A stretch of 64,000 nucleotides of DNA, taken from NCBI RefSeq assembly GCF_006345805.1, contig NC_042998.1, positions 168,826,001 through 168,890,000 of the forward strand. Reading direction: 5' to 3'. The translations under genes and the position numbers were made by a program. The DNA is from Octopus sinensis. Lineage: Eukaryota. Shown here piece after piece: positions 12,004 to 23,769 of the stretch. Under the pieces are notes generated by a model that did not search any database, was not told the DNA's origin, and saw nothing but the letters and a program-made list of their open reading frames with translations. Every line of letters starts with the position of its first letter. Position 1 is the first letter of the stretch.

Positions 12004-12530
12004 AATAAATAAATAAATAAATAAATGCGCCCTTTTAAAGCCTAGCCAGGCTCATGGGCCCTGTTTCCCGGTTTCAATGGCGTATGTGTTTCCCAGCTGG
12101 ACGGGACGCCAGTTCATCGCAGCGTTACTCATTTTTACCAGCTGAGTAGACTGGAGCAACGTGAAGTGAAGTGTTTTGCTTAAGAACCACAACGCGTCGC
12201 CCGGTCCGGGAATCGAAGCTACAGTCTTACGATCATGGTGCTGACACCCGTAACTACTAAGCCACGCGCCTCCACAAATAAATGCACCCTTTTAAAGCCT
12301 AGCCAGGCTCATGGGCCCTGTTTCCCGGTTTCTATGGCGTATATGTTCCCCAGCTTGACGGGACGCCAGTCCATAGCAGCGTTACTCATTTTTGCCAGCT
12401 GAGTGGACTGGAGCAACGTGAAGTGAAGTGTTTTGCTCAAGAACACAACGCGTCACCCGGTCCAAGATTCGAAACTACAATCTTACGATCATGGTACTGA
12501 CACCCTAACCACTAAGCCACGCGTCTCCAC
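12004..12530 (-). mobile_element. Head-to-tail dimer of SINE family C inside one 11-bp TSD
   Basis: Copies about 12029-12274 and 12283-12530 with (TAAA)n tails; GCATCTATATA at 11993-12003 and 12531-12541. Confidence 0.93.
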
Positions 12531-12704
12531 GCATCTATATACATGTAAAAAAATAGATGTATTTATAGGGGAGTGATAGAAAATATATGCACAGGTCTTC
12601 ATAATTATATTTCTTCTCATTCAAATTTTATTTATCTTGTCTTCATAGTTTCTTTAAAATCTCAATCAACCTTATTTACTATTATTTATCCAATAAGTAC
12701 CAGT

Positions 12705-12830
12705 GCTCTGCTAGCGAATTCCAAGCTTTCTAGTCTGTTGATTGTTACTTGGTGCATTGCATATTCCAAGACAATAGCAAACAGATCCGGGGCTAGAGTG
12801 CCTCCTTACAGAATCCCCATAATATAGAAG
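12705..12830 (-). mobile_element. Inverted RTE-clade RT fragment
   Basis: Minus translation FYIMGIL*GGTLAPDLFAIVLEYAMHQV resembles the GVLQGDTLAPxLFxIVLDY motif of RTE RTs. Confidence 0.75.
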
Positions 12831-13287
12831 TCAAAGAGAACAAACATCAGACTGTTCCTTGCCACTATTGAGTCAGTGCTCTTGTATGGCAGTAAAACGA
12901 GTATTTACCAAACAAGCAAAGAAGAGTTTAGATGGATACTACATAAGGATGCTACGAATGGTCCTAGATGCGAAATGGCAGTAGCACATAACTAGTGAGC
13001 AGCTTTATGGTAGCCTTCCAAATGTGACCAGCAAGGTCAGAGAACGAGGTCTCTATATATCAGGTCATTGCCTGCAACACCGAGAAGAATAAGCATCAAA
13101 ACTTCTCTTCTGGAACCCACAGCATGTTATCGACAAACGTGGGAGACATCTCTGACATTTATCGACAACTTGAAGAAGGGCAAATTGGATTCTATGAACT
13201 GAAGGTGGCGATGACGAATCGAAATGCTTCGTGGATCGGCTTTGTCTTCGAGGACCGGGTGGAAGCTCGACAAAAGTAAAGAAGTAT
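12831..13287 (+). mobile_element. RTE-clade LINE 3' end, decayed
   Basis: SKRTNIRLFLATIESVLLYGSKT...LDGYYIRMLRMVLDAKWQ*HITSEQLYGSLP...SGHCLQH...LLFWNP, followed by an AAGT-like tail. Confidence 0.85.
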
Positions 13288-14214
13288 ATGTTAATGTCAA
13301 AGTATTGGATCATATCCGGCCCCTACAACATCATAGAAAAAACCTGTATGTCCTTGTGCTGATCTTAGAAATCATTATTTGTTCATATTTACCAATATGT
13401 TACAAAATAACACCGTATTTGACAAACAAATATATATATAGAATTGTGGATCTCCGTCGGTTATCAACGTTAAATATTCAGCTGTTCGATCAGCGAGTAT
13501 ATATCTGAGTATTCCACAGACGCGTGTACTCTTGATGTAATTCTCAGGCAGAATCAGCATGATACTGTGTGTGAGAAGGCTAGGTATTAGAATTGTAGGT
13601 ACCATCTTTAAAAGGTACGATCCACATTTTCCGTCAATTCATTTTCAGTTACTAGGTATGTGTATAAAAATCACACTGCTCTTTCACTTTTACTTTCACT
13701 CTTTCGTTTCTCTCTCTTTCTCTTTCTCTCTCTCTCACTCAATCGTTCGTGAACGCGTACTTCCCCTCCCCATATAGATATGTGTGCGTGTATATGTGTG
13801 TATATATGTGTGTGAGCGCGTGCGCGTGTGTGTGCAGGTTTATATGTTCCACTGCATAAACGTCTAACTTCATAAAGTCTTTAATTAATACGTCACAAGT
13901 TATATCATGCTGCTGATTTATGAAGGAATGAAATTACCAGCGATATAAAATTTAAGAACTGCGTAATAAGTGATAAAATATATAAATATGTGAATTCTAT
14001 GCAACTTTTTCCTTATAATTCCTTAATTTCAAATTCACATTTTTAATCCTACTAAAATATTAAATAATTATCCTTCCTTGTAATAGCTACAATCACTAAG
14101 AGAAATATTACGCATACATACACACAAGCATACATGTATATACATACTTCAAAAATTCACCCCGAGCAATAACAGTCCCTTCTATGAGGTAGAGACGCAG
14201 TCTCCACAGAGTCC

Positions 14215-14525
14215 TTTGGAAATAGTAGTCAAATCTCCCTACCCTACAAATATATCGAAAAATATAGTTCTAGATATACTGTCTCAAAAGACAGATGGTG
14301 TGGTCACCTCTGGAAGTTAATTGACTATAGCTCTCTTCGAGACTATATACCAATAGCTAGAATGAAACAACAAATGTGCTTCTACGTAGGTACTCGATCT
14401 CCTACAAAACAAACTTTCCTCATATTTAAATTACATCTCCTTTAAAAATGAAGAAAACACTGAGAATGTGGACCTAGATACACAATGCTGAGCAAAATGC
14501 ATGATGATAATCGCTGGGACATATT
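14215..14525 (+). repeat. Two adjacent copies of old dispersed repeat G
   Basis: gaaatagtagtcaaatctccct...(gtt/gac)ctagata.ac motifs also seen at 23420, 36725, 48760, 56720 and 60490. Confidence 0.6.
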
Positions 14526-14788
14526 TAATCGTTATCACTCAAAAGTTAGCATTTCTTTGATGACTCCGGTGTTAATATCTACACTAATCACGTTTGGCTT
14601 GACTTCCTGATGATGTGGCCGTGAAAGTCTAGAAAAAAGACTAGAAATAGAGGTGAGATTCAGTTAATATACTATCCGAGCCAAATTACACGGAAGTCAT
14701 ACGAAATTACAAAAATTAAATTTGATAAGATAAAAAAAATTCTAGAGCACAGTCGTATTCAATGTAATATACAAGCGTAAGCGTGTGT

Positions 14789-14828
<40 letters not shown>

Positions 14829-14869
14829 GTGTGTGTGTGCGTGTGTGCGCTCGTGTGTGTGTGTGTGTG

Positions 14870-15157
14870 AAGGCGCGCGGCTTAGCAGTTAGGGTATTTT
14901 AGACTCGTTGTGTCCCTGAGCAAGACACTTTATTTCAAGCTGCTGCAGCGCATTCAGTTGGTAGAAATGAGTAGTACCGGTATTTCAAAGGGCCAGCCTT
15001 GTCACATTCTGTCTCGCGCTAAATCTCCTTGAGACCTACGTTAAGGGTACGCGTGTTTGTGGAGTGCTCAGCCAGTTTGCATATTAATTTCACGAGAAGG
15101 CTGTTCCGTTGACTAAATCAACTGGAAACCTCGTCGTCGCAACTGACTGAATGCCAA
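14870..15157 (+). mobile_element. SINE family D (CORE-like box, distinct tail)
   Basis: gaaggcgcgcggcttagcagttagggt head; tgtgtccctgagcaagacactttatttca CORE-like box; tail ...aactggaaacctcgtcgtcgcaactgactgaatgcca. Related tail pieces at about 13452-13580 (-) and 30470-30680 (+). Confidence 0.8.
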
Positions 15158-15174
15158 GTATGAATATATATATA

Positions 15175-15522
15175 GTTCTGAGTTCAAATTCCGCCGAGGT
15201 CGACTTTGCCTTTCATCCTTTCGGGGTCGATAAATTAAGTACCAGTTACGCACTGGGGTCGATGAAATCGACTTAATCCGTTTGTCTGTCCTTGTTTGTC
15301 CCCTCTGTGTTTAGCCCCTTGTGGGCAATAAAGAAATAGGTATTACGTCTGCCGTTACGTCCTGAGTTCACATACCGCCGAGGTCGACTTTGCCTTTCAT
15401 CCTTTCGGGGTCGATTAAATAAGTACAAGTTACGCACTGGGGTCGATGTAATCGTCTTAATGCCTTCGTCTGTCCTTGTTTGTCCCCCTCTATGTTTAGC
15501 CTCTGTAGGCAATAAAGAAATA
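15175..15522 (+). mobile_element. SINE A concatemer: 5'-truncated copy plus one 184-bp module
   Basis: Junction aaagaaata-g-gtattacgtc at 15338-15340. Confidence 0.92.
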
Positions 15523-16297
15523 TATGTTATGTGTGTGTGTGTGTATACGTATGTACATGCATCTGTGCATATTTATAAATACATAGAAGCATTCATATAT
15601 AAACAGCATAGTAGATATTTGTATTTTTATACAATTGTATTTACAAACACACGTACGCACTCAATCACGGATCACCCTTGGGCACATGGAAGTGCACATG
15701 AACGTTCACATGGATGTGCAGTGGTATACTTTTGCATGTGCGTATGCCTGCGTGCGCGCGGAGATTCACCTGTGTAAAAACTGATGTGTTGTAATTTTCT
15801 TTACATTGGTAAGTAGCAGAAATCATGTGTGTGTGTGTGTTTGTGTGTATGTGTGTGTGTGTATGTGTGTGTGTGTGTATATATATGCATACATAGATAT
15901 ATTTGCAACTTAACATGTTGTTGCTATTTTTACATTTTATCGCTTAATAATATATCTTTTTGTCGACTCTCAAAGTTTTCTCTACACACAGAGACACACA
16001 CACACACATGCATATATAAGAAACAAGTTTAAAATGATGGTCATTATATATTATTTCTTTATTGTAGCAAATTTGGCTTACAACTGTTTCCACTAGTCAT
16101 TATAAGTACATTACTAGTAAGTTTATTCAACTGATCTATTGATCAATTGAAGTAATTATGAACGACCCAAGTAAATTAATGCTGCTTTCGTCATTATCTG
16201 GAGTTCTTCACTAATCTAAGTAATATTGTTGGCCCTGGTGTGCCAACAGACAGCTTATGCAGTATTTTGCCTGGATTGAATAATCCCTCAGTATTTG

Positions 16298-16344
<47 letters not shown>

Positions 16345-16424
16345 TACAGAGAAAAGAACGAGAGAAAAACAAAGGAAGATGACTGAGAAAAGTAAGTTGA
16401 AGAATAGAATGAAAGGCATACTAG

Positions 16425-16646
16425 CCTCCACTCTCCACGCCATCTATGTTATCTAAGAGAAAAGCAAACGCCGATACAGCTTGGCACCAATGAAGTTGCA
16501 ACTCAATTCTATAGCTGAGTGAAATGGAGCAACGTAAAATAATGTGCCGTGCTCAAGAACGCAACACGCAGCCCAGTCCGGAAATCGAACTCACAACGTC
16601 ACGATCGTAAGCTTGATTCTCTAACCACTAAGCCATGCGCCTCCAC
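16425..16646 (-). mobile_element. SINE family E (CORE-like)
   Basis: Head gtggaggcgcatggcttagtggttagag; CORE-like gttcttgagcacggcacatt; tail different from C and D. Confidence 0.75.
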
Positions 16647-17329
16647 TCAGGGATACGAAACCCATTTTTGTGTATAGCGAAAGAGCCTTCACGACTCCTG
16701 AATGATGCGTTTGTAGAAATTGACGTTGCTTTTGAAGTTTTGAAGATTAAGTAAATCCACAAAATAATTATCGTAAAATATGTTTGGACGTGCCAAAACC
16801 ATATCTTTTTCTATTATGGTTATTGCTGTGGTGTTTTTCTATGATAAGTAAGACTTCTTCAGGGTGAAGGGATTAGATGAATGGATTATTTTACAAATAA
16901 GAACTGATGGCAGTGAGTCTACAGAATCGATGTCACAACAGACAAAGTTTCTTTATTCTGTATCCATTTTAAAAAATTTCTCTTACATTCTGATTTTCAA
17001 TTCCGCCGAGGTCAACTTGGCCGTTTATCTTTTTGAGTCAATAAAATAAGATTCCAGTTCGAGACAGTGGTATTGTGGCATTGTTAGAGTGTTAGGGAAA
17101 ATGCTTTGTAGAATACCGAGTCTTTACTGCGTAAGTGTGGTTAACTTATTTGTATCGAGTCAACAAGATGGTGTCTTGTAAAAAATAAAATAAAATTAAT
17201 GAAATACTCGAAGGAAGTCAGTGTGAAACCACTTCTATACACTGCCACATAATTCAATTACAGGTATATTTCACTGAGTCCCAAAGGATCCTTCGTCGAA
17301 ATGATGGAGAAAGAAAGAAAGAAAGAAGA

Positions 17330-17387
17330 ATGAATGAATGAATGAATGAATGAATGAATGAATGAATGAATGAATGAGAGAATGAAT
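17330..17387. repeat. (GAAT)n microsatellite
   Basis: Direct reading. Confidence 0.95.
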
Positions 17388-18754
17388 CCTGCTATAGAGC
17401 AATCTTTTCAATAGTTTACATGCAAGCACTCGGCATAAATCAACAGCGAAACCTATTCCTCGTCACTCGAAAACGTATGGGATACAATTATATGGCGTGG
17501 TTCTACGAACACTTTATCTAGGAAAACGATGTAGTGGTCAGGGCTGGAATGCTGGTGACTTGAGGGTAAGCAATATGAGCCAACAAAAGAGCCACGTAAC
17601 GGTCACTAGAACAGCTAGAAACAGCAATCAAACCTCACGCAAATCATACAAGCCTATATCCAAAGGAGCAGTCCCATATACACTATGTGTGAATAAAATA
17701 CAAAATGATGACAGTAGAAATGTCTGTCTTTCTATATAGGACTGATAAATTGGGAATGACCCTTAGCTAAACAATAAGTCAACATAAGTTTCAAATGATA
17801 TAAACTTTAGCACTAGGTAGCTTACATGTGGGACAGAGGGGTAGATAACAAGAATACCTCATGGTCGGGTCACATCTCCCTTAATTGACAATAAACGAAA
17901 TTAGAATCTGGTTACAGTATCGGCTTCTGGAGACTTGGCTCGCTTTCAGTTCCTTAATATAGTTAACTGTTATCGATATATCGATCCATAAAGTTTACTC
18001 TTGTTATATGAGATTTATCTAGTGTCTTTTAAAGACAGCAACTTTGAAAGTTTTACCGTCGTATACTTTTTAAAGCAGTTTAATAATCATACGTCGAAAA
18101 AATTTAAAAAAACATGAAGGCATCCTCCACTATCACAAAGGTCACCGTGTCACCAAAGTGGACTATATCTTCATTGAAAGTATATAACCTTTCAAAGAAG
18201 AATTGGAATCGTGAACTCTGTATTGCACTAGTTAACATGATACGGTACCACTTTAAAGATAAGTTGATTGTGCTCTTGGGGTATTCAAGATGGTTATGTA
18301 TTGAATGGCTACACGAGAAAAAATTCTCAAGCGCCGCTTCCAAGGGTTTTAGTTCAATGAATGGGCTCCAGTAATAAGCTTTTTGAAGCTTATTCTATTC
18401 ATCTTTTATGCCAAACCGCAAAGTTCGTACAATAAAAATGGTGCCGAGCGGTGGAACTGAACACGGAGCCATGTGGTTGGGAATCAAACTTTTTACCATA
18501 CAACCACGCCAGCGACTCACAAAGAATAGGGAAAATAATTTCGAAAGAAAGAAAGAATTACGTCACTTAATCGAGCGCATTGTAACTGCACACTGTCTGA
18601 AAAGCGGTGTTCTCCGAAAACGAAATGCAATACAGCATATCCACTTTCAAATCTGCTGGAACGTATTTAGAAAGAACTATGTACGTTGCCGTTTTGATTC
18701 TAGCTATTCTCCGTGCACATATCTTTTATCTTTTACTTGTTTCAGTTATTGCAT

Positions 18755-18922
18755 TGAGGCCATGCTGGGGCACTGACTTGCAAAATTTTAGTCGAAAGAA
18801 TCAACCCCAGTACTTATGTTTTTTTTAAACCTGATACTCGTTCTATCGGTACCTTTGCCGAGCCGCTAAGTTACTTGGACGCAAACACACCAATATCGGT
18901 TGTCAAGTGGTGGGGACAAACA
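18755..18922 (-). mobile_element. SINE family B 3' part (a B head also lies at about 18400-18510, minus)
   Basis: tgccgagccgctaagttac...acaccaatatcggttgtcaag...gggacaaacaca matches the reverse complement of 23190-23383. Confidence 0.8.
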
Positions 18923-18923
18923 C

Positions 18924-19770
18924 AGGCTGGTGGCTGTTTATGCACCCAGTTTGAGTTAGACTCGGTAGTAAGGCGCCGGGACTCGATGGTCTACCCTACG
19001 AGTTATATATAAGTATGCCAGACTTGCTCGGGCACGGACTAGCTGGCGTTTACGCGAACTGACAGCCAAATGGGTGGATTCCCAGATCTGTGCACCGGGG
19101 AGTGGTGATACTGGTTAGGAAGGACCCGGACAAGGGAGATAATATAGATAATTTTTGGCCCATCACTCTGTTGAATGCAGAGATGAAGATTTTGGCCAAG
19201 GTGTTACCAAAAAATATTGACGCGGGTCGCGGATGGCCTGATCGGGAAAGCACAATCCTGTGCGGTCCCTGGCATAACCATCCAGGACAATCTTCATCTT
19301 ATACGCTACACTGTAGACGGGTATGGTAACGATTCTGGCAAAGGTGGGGCACTGATCCACTTAGACCAAGCTAAAGCATTCGATAGGGTGGACCATCGTT
19401 ACCTGGTGGCTGTTCTCGCGCAGTTCGGATTAGCTCTTGGTTTACTCAGGTGGATCATACAGTTGTACGATGATATCGACCTTCTTTCAAAGCCGTTCTG
19501 CATCAAGCGGTCCGTTCCCCAGGGGTGTCCGCTCTCTCCGCTTTTGTACGTAGTGGTCCTCGAGCCATTACTGCGAAAGCTGAGCGGCATCCCGACGAAT
19601 GCAGGAGGTGGAGGATCAGTTACAGCGTATGCGGATGACTATCATCGTGACCAAGATGGAACACTTACAGAAAGTAGGCGAAATCATTAAGGTTTATTAG
19701 ACGGTGGCAGGAGCAAAAATCATCCGGAAAATATCGGTCGGCTTGCAACTCGGCAGTAAGTCCGCAACAT
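18924..19770 (+). mobile_element. L1/Tx1-clade LINE fragment (APE remnant plus RT), frameshifted
   Basis: RLVAVYAP at 18924-18947, then KAPGLDGLPYELY...RGVVILVRKDPDKGDNIDNFWPITLLNAEMKILAKVL, DQAKAFDRVDH, QGCPLSP and YADD. Confidence 0.93.
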
Positions 19771-19782
19771 ATTCTTCAACAC

Positions 19783-21993
19783 TTAGTGGTAACGTTCTGA
19801 GGTTCCCTGTGCTTGTGGTTGAAACGCTGTAGAACGAAGCTGTTTGATCCCTAACCTATACATACTTGACATGAAATTGGATCCCTGATCTGACTGAATT
19901 TCCTTTGGAAAACTAAACTGGGTGAAAAAATTCACCAAAGTATCAGCTACAGTAGTTGCAGAAACTTCTTTCAACGGAATTGTTTCTGGATAACTAGTCG
20001 CTTGATCCAATACAGTTAATAAGTAGCGATATCCTACTTTTGTTCTGGGCAATGGACCAACCACATCAATAATAATCCCGGAAAAGGGTTCTTTTAAAGC
20101 CGGAATGGGCTTTAAGGGTGCCTTATCGATGGTTGCATTGGGCTTTCGCACTAACTGACATGGTTTACAAGTTCTACAATAACTAGTAATATCGGAAGAT
20201 AAACTTGGGCGATAAAAGTACTGTAAAATTCTAAACTTGGTTTTTCGAACACCTAAGTGACCAACCAATGGAATATCATGTGCTAGATTCATAATATCTA
20301 GTCTATACTCCTTTATGACTACAATTTGCTCCCTAATTTTCCAATGATCCGATGCTGGGACATCATATGGCCTCCACTTCCTCATTAAAACATGAAGATA
20401 AAAACATATTGGCAACTTCTCTGCTTCCTTCTCTGAGAAAGTTCTAGTATAAAGCTTGCTTAAACTGCTATCCTCTTTCTGCTTAAGGATTAAAGTTTTT
20501 TTGTCTGCTTTGAATTCAGCTTCACTAGGATAAGTAGGCTCTCACTACCAGAATTCAGATCCACAAGGAAAGTATTAGACAAAGCTATGTTATCATCATT
20601 AACTGAACTAATATTAGATCCCGCATTACTGGGACTAACACTAGCCTCACTATTCATATCCTTGGTCTGGGACCTAGTCGCTGCACATTCAGGAAATATT
20701 CCTGGATACAATGTGTCTAACTTTTCTGTCTCGTGATCAGTCTCGGGTTTAGGCTGCACAATAGGAACTGCATAAACTTTATTACCTGCAATATCATTGC
20801 CTAACAAAAGATCGACATCTTCGGTAAGTAAAGTAGTAACTAATCCAACAGCAACTGGACCTGCTACATATTTACAATCTAAGTGAACTAGATACAAAGG
20901 AATGGAATCATATCCTGCAGTAAAACCTTTAATTAATACTTCCTTCCTAAAGATGTCAGTATGCTAATAGATATAGCATCATGCTTCAAGAGAGTTTGTT
21001 CTGCACCAGTATCTCTAAAAGTGTTACAGACTTAGGAGTAGACGAACTGTCAGAAGTAGCATCAATACTAGAGCAATCCACAACTGAAGTCATAACTAAA
21101 TCTGCATCAGCAGCATCAGAAACACCCACATCTGGGTCCAACTTAATCTTAGATAAAACCCTTGTGTCCGAAAAACACTTAAAATCCTGATGGCCCAGCT
21201 ACCTCTACAGAACCGACAACACTTCACAAATCACAACACTCTTGAAAGCTGCTTCAGGATCTCTGGACTAACATGCTTGAGCTACCACCTAAGCCTTTAA
21301 CTTTCTACAATCAGCAATTAAGTGTCCGGGAGTCTTACAGTAATGGCAGGATTTAGAAGAAGTACTATACTGAGCCTTCTGCTGCTTCTGACCGACTTCT
21401 GTTTTCTGAGTAACACCATCTGACTTGATAAACTGTTTTTTTATATTTTCATTCTTTTATTGACGCTTGCCGGGAATCAATGCATACACACCGGCATGTT
21501 TCAGCTAAAGTATTAACCTGCCTTTCAGCTACAAAAGCTCTAACGTTATTCAGGAACTCTTCTATCAACATCAACTCTTCCAACTGACCGAAATTATCAA
21601 CTTTTTTAAGACGTAAGCCACTTACCCCACATGACTTTATTTTTCCAAGCGAATTCTATCTAAAGAGTCAGAGGAATTTTTCCAAGCTTGCCTAAACTTT
21701 CGCCTGTACACTTCAGCTACTTGTTCATGACAATCTAATATCTTCTGTTTACAAAGGTAGCATATAAATACTGTTCAGAAATTCCAACTCAGAATCCCGG
21801 CTTCACTAACTTGATTTCACAACTTGAATCCGTAACTCTGGATTCACAATTTTTGGTTTCACCAAAATTGGCCTCACACAAAACCTGGCCTCACAAATTT
21901 TGTTTTCTCAAAAAGATGGATTCCAAAAATTTGGATTTCCATTATAGTACAAATTAGGTTTTCGAACCTTGGATTTCGAATCTTGGACCCAGA
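19783..21993 (-). mobile_element. Gypsy (Gmr1-like) LTR retrotransposon internal region, decayed and 3'-truncated
   Basis: Order on the minus strand: SCAN-like gag (about 21480-21750, YRRKFRQ...QLEELMLIEEFLNNV), CHYCKTPGHLIADC knuckle (21307-21348), protease DTGA (21002-21013), then integrase HHCC and D,D,E (19783-20415: IDVVGP, SDQG, ERYH). Confidence 0.93.
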
Positions 21994-22272
21994 TGTGACA
22001 CAGAAATTATTTTAAATCTGACAAAAGTTCTGGCGAATTCCTGGAGCATAAAATAAATCCATAAATGCCTAACACAAAGCACAAAGGGCATAAACTAAAT
22101 AGGCAATCATAGCTTCCAGGATCCAATTGAACAACTTTGTCTCACAGAAAAAAACTGTCACAAAAAACTGGGGGGTACAATTATATCTGCTTATAAAGGT
22201 TTGCCAAGGTCTAGCCAATTTGTTATAGTTTCACAGTTTGGCAAATAACACCTAGCTTCCCCCATTTTGACA
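21994..22272 (-). mobile_element. 5' LTR of the Gypsy element (279 bp)
   Basis: Minus strand begins TGTCAAAA and ends GTGTCACA, followed by tcTGGGTCCAAGATT, a possible deleted tRNA-Pro PBS (canonical TGGGGGCTCGTCCGGGATT). No second LTR is present to confirm it. Confidence 0.7.
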
Positions 22273-22330
22273 ATGGACTTCATCCTGACCTAACAGTGCA
22301 GCATGGAAAACTGTTTACGTGTTTAACTTA

Positions 22331-22610
22331 GGGCAGCGGACTCGCGGTCAGAGAATCGCGGTTTCGATTCCCAGACCGGGCGTTGTATGTGTTTATTGAG
22401 CGAAAACACCTAAAAGCTCCACGAGGCTCCGGCAGGGGGGAGTGGCGACCCCTGTTATACTCTTTCGCCACAACTTTCTCTCACTCTCTCTTCCTGTTTC
22501 TTCATTAACACTGCGATGGACTGGCGTCCTGTCCAGCTGGGGGGAACACATACGCCATAGAAACCGGCAAACCGGGCCCACGAGCCTGGCTAGGTTTGAA
22601 AAGGGTGACG
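22331..22610 (+). mobile_element. SINE family F (tail shared with family C)
   Basis: B-box-like ggtttcgattccc; distinct body; 3' tail gcgatggactggcgtcc.gtccagctgggg...gggccca.gagcctggctagg of the same type as family C. Confidence 0.8.
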
Positions 22611-22611
22611 A

Positions 22612-22616
<5 letters not shown>

Positions 22617-22688
<72 letters not shown>

Positions 22689-22847
22689 CAGGCTTCTTTC
22701 AGTTTCCGTCTGCCAAATCCACTCAGAAGGCTTTGTTGGTCCGAGGCTATCGTAAAAAAAAGCACTTGTTTAAGGTGCCACGTAGTGGGACTTAAACCAG
22801 AATCAAGTGGTTGGGAAGCAAGCCTGTAACCACACAGCCACGCCTGC
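22617..22847 (-). mobile_element. SINE B 5' half ending in an expanded (TA)n tract
   Basis: Head gcaggcgtggctgtgtggtta at the right end; the element breaks at the internal TA tract 22617-22686. Confidence 0.85.
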
Positions 22848-22982
22848 GGTGATTAATAATTTAAGAATAACTTTCACACAAAATGGATATTTTGAAGTGT
22901 AACTCTGGTGGTGGGTTTGAACTTATGAACAATTAAATCGACTCTGGCAACATAACAGTCTTATCGATTAGGAACGTAAACA

Positions 22983-23383
22983 GCAGGAGTGGCTGTGTGG
23001 TAAGTAGCCTGTCTACCAACCACATGGTTCCGGGTTCAGTCCCACTGCGTGGCACCTTGGGCAAGTGTCTTCTACTATAGCCTCGGGCCGACCAAAGCCT
23101 TGTGAGTGGATTTGGTAGACGGAAACTGAAAGAAGCCCGTCGTATATATGTATATATATATATATGTATGCGTGTGTGTGTTTGTGTGTCTGTGTTTGTC
23201 CCCCTAGCATTGCTTGACAACCGATGCTGGTGTGTTTGTGTCCCCGTCACTTAGCGGTTCGGCAAAAGAGACCGATAGAATAAGTACTGGGCTTACAATA
23301 GAATAAGTTCCGGGGTCGAGTTGCTCGATTAAAGGCGGTGCTCCAGCATGGCCGCAGTCAAATGACTGAAACAAGTAAAAGAG
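22983..23383 (+). mobile_element. Full-length SINE family B (CORE-like, internal microsatellite)
   Basis: tRNA-like head ggagtggctgtgtggtaag...ggttcagtccc; CORE-like gcaccttgggcaagtgtcttc; internal (TA)n/(TG)n; tail ...aatgactgaaacaagtaaaagag. Confidence 0.93.
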
Positions 23384-23419
23384 AAGCATCGGTACGATCC
23401 AAGGAGGGAATCTCTACGT

Positions 23420-23610
23420 AGTCAATGAGATTACTAGAAATAGCAACCAAATCTCCCCCATACTTAAAATCCCACTCTGTTGTTTCACAGAAATATTTCA
23501 TCGCAGATGAAAGCAAGACGAAAAAAAACATTTGGATAGTCACAGTTGACATGTCGTTTGATCAAAGGCCCACTTCAGCAGCGTCTACCCAGGGCTAAAT
23601 AACAGTAGCA
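23420..23610 (+). repeat. Old dispersed repeat G
   Basis: actagaaatagcaaccaaatctccc...ggatagtcac.gttgacatg.c.tttgatca..ggc...cagggctaaataaca. Confidence 0.65.
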
Positions 23611-23769
23611 ATGAGACCATGAGCAACAGCAGCAAAATCAATCACAATAGCAAAAGAAAACATACATGAAATAGTTGACATCTGTTAGCATAAAGGCACA
23701 CGCATGCATACATACAGTTACAAACACACACAGGCACCAACATTCCCTCCCTCTTATACTCATTGTTTG

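Noticed and set aside
14607-14630. CTGATGA...GAAA hammerhead-like boxes
   Set aside because: No G10.1-C11.1 stem II closure and no possible stem III or stem I.
18090-18377. Possible RTE endonuclease relic (FKKHEGILHYHKGHRVTKVDYIFIE)
   Set aside because: Only a loose IDYI-like motif with stops on both sides; not supportable without a search.
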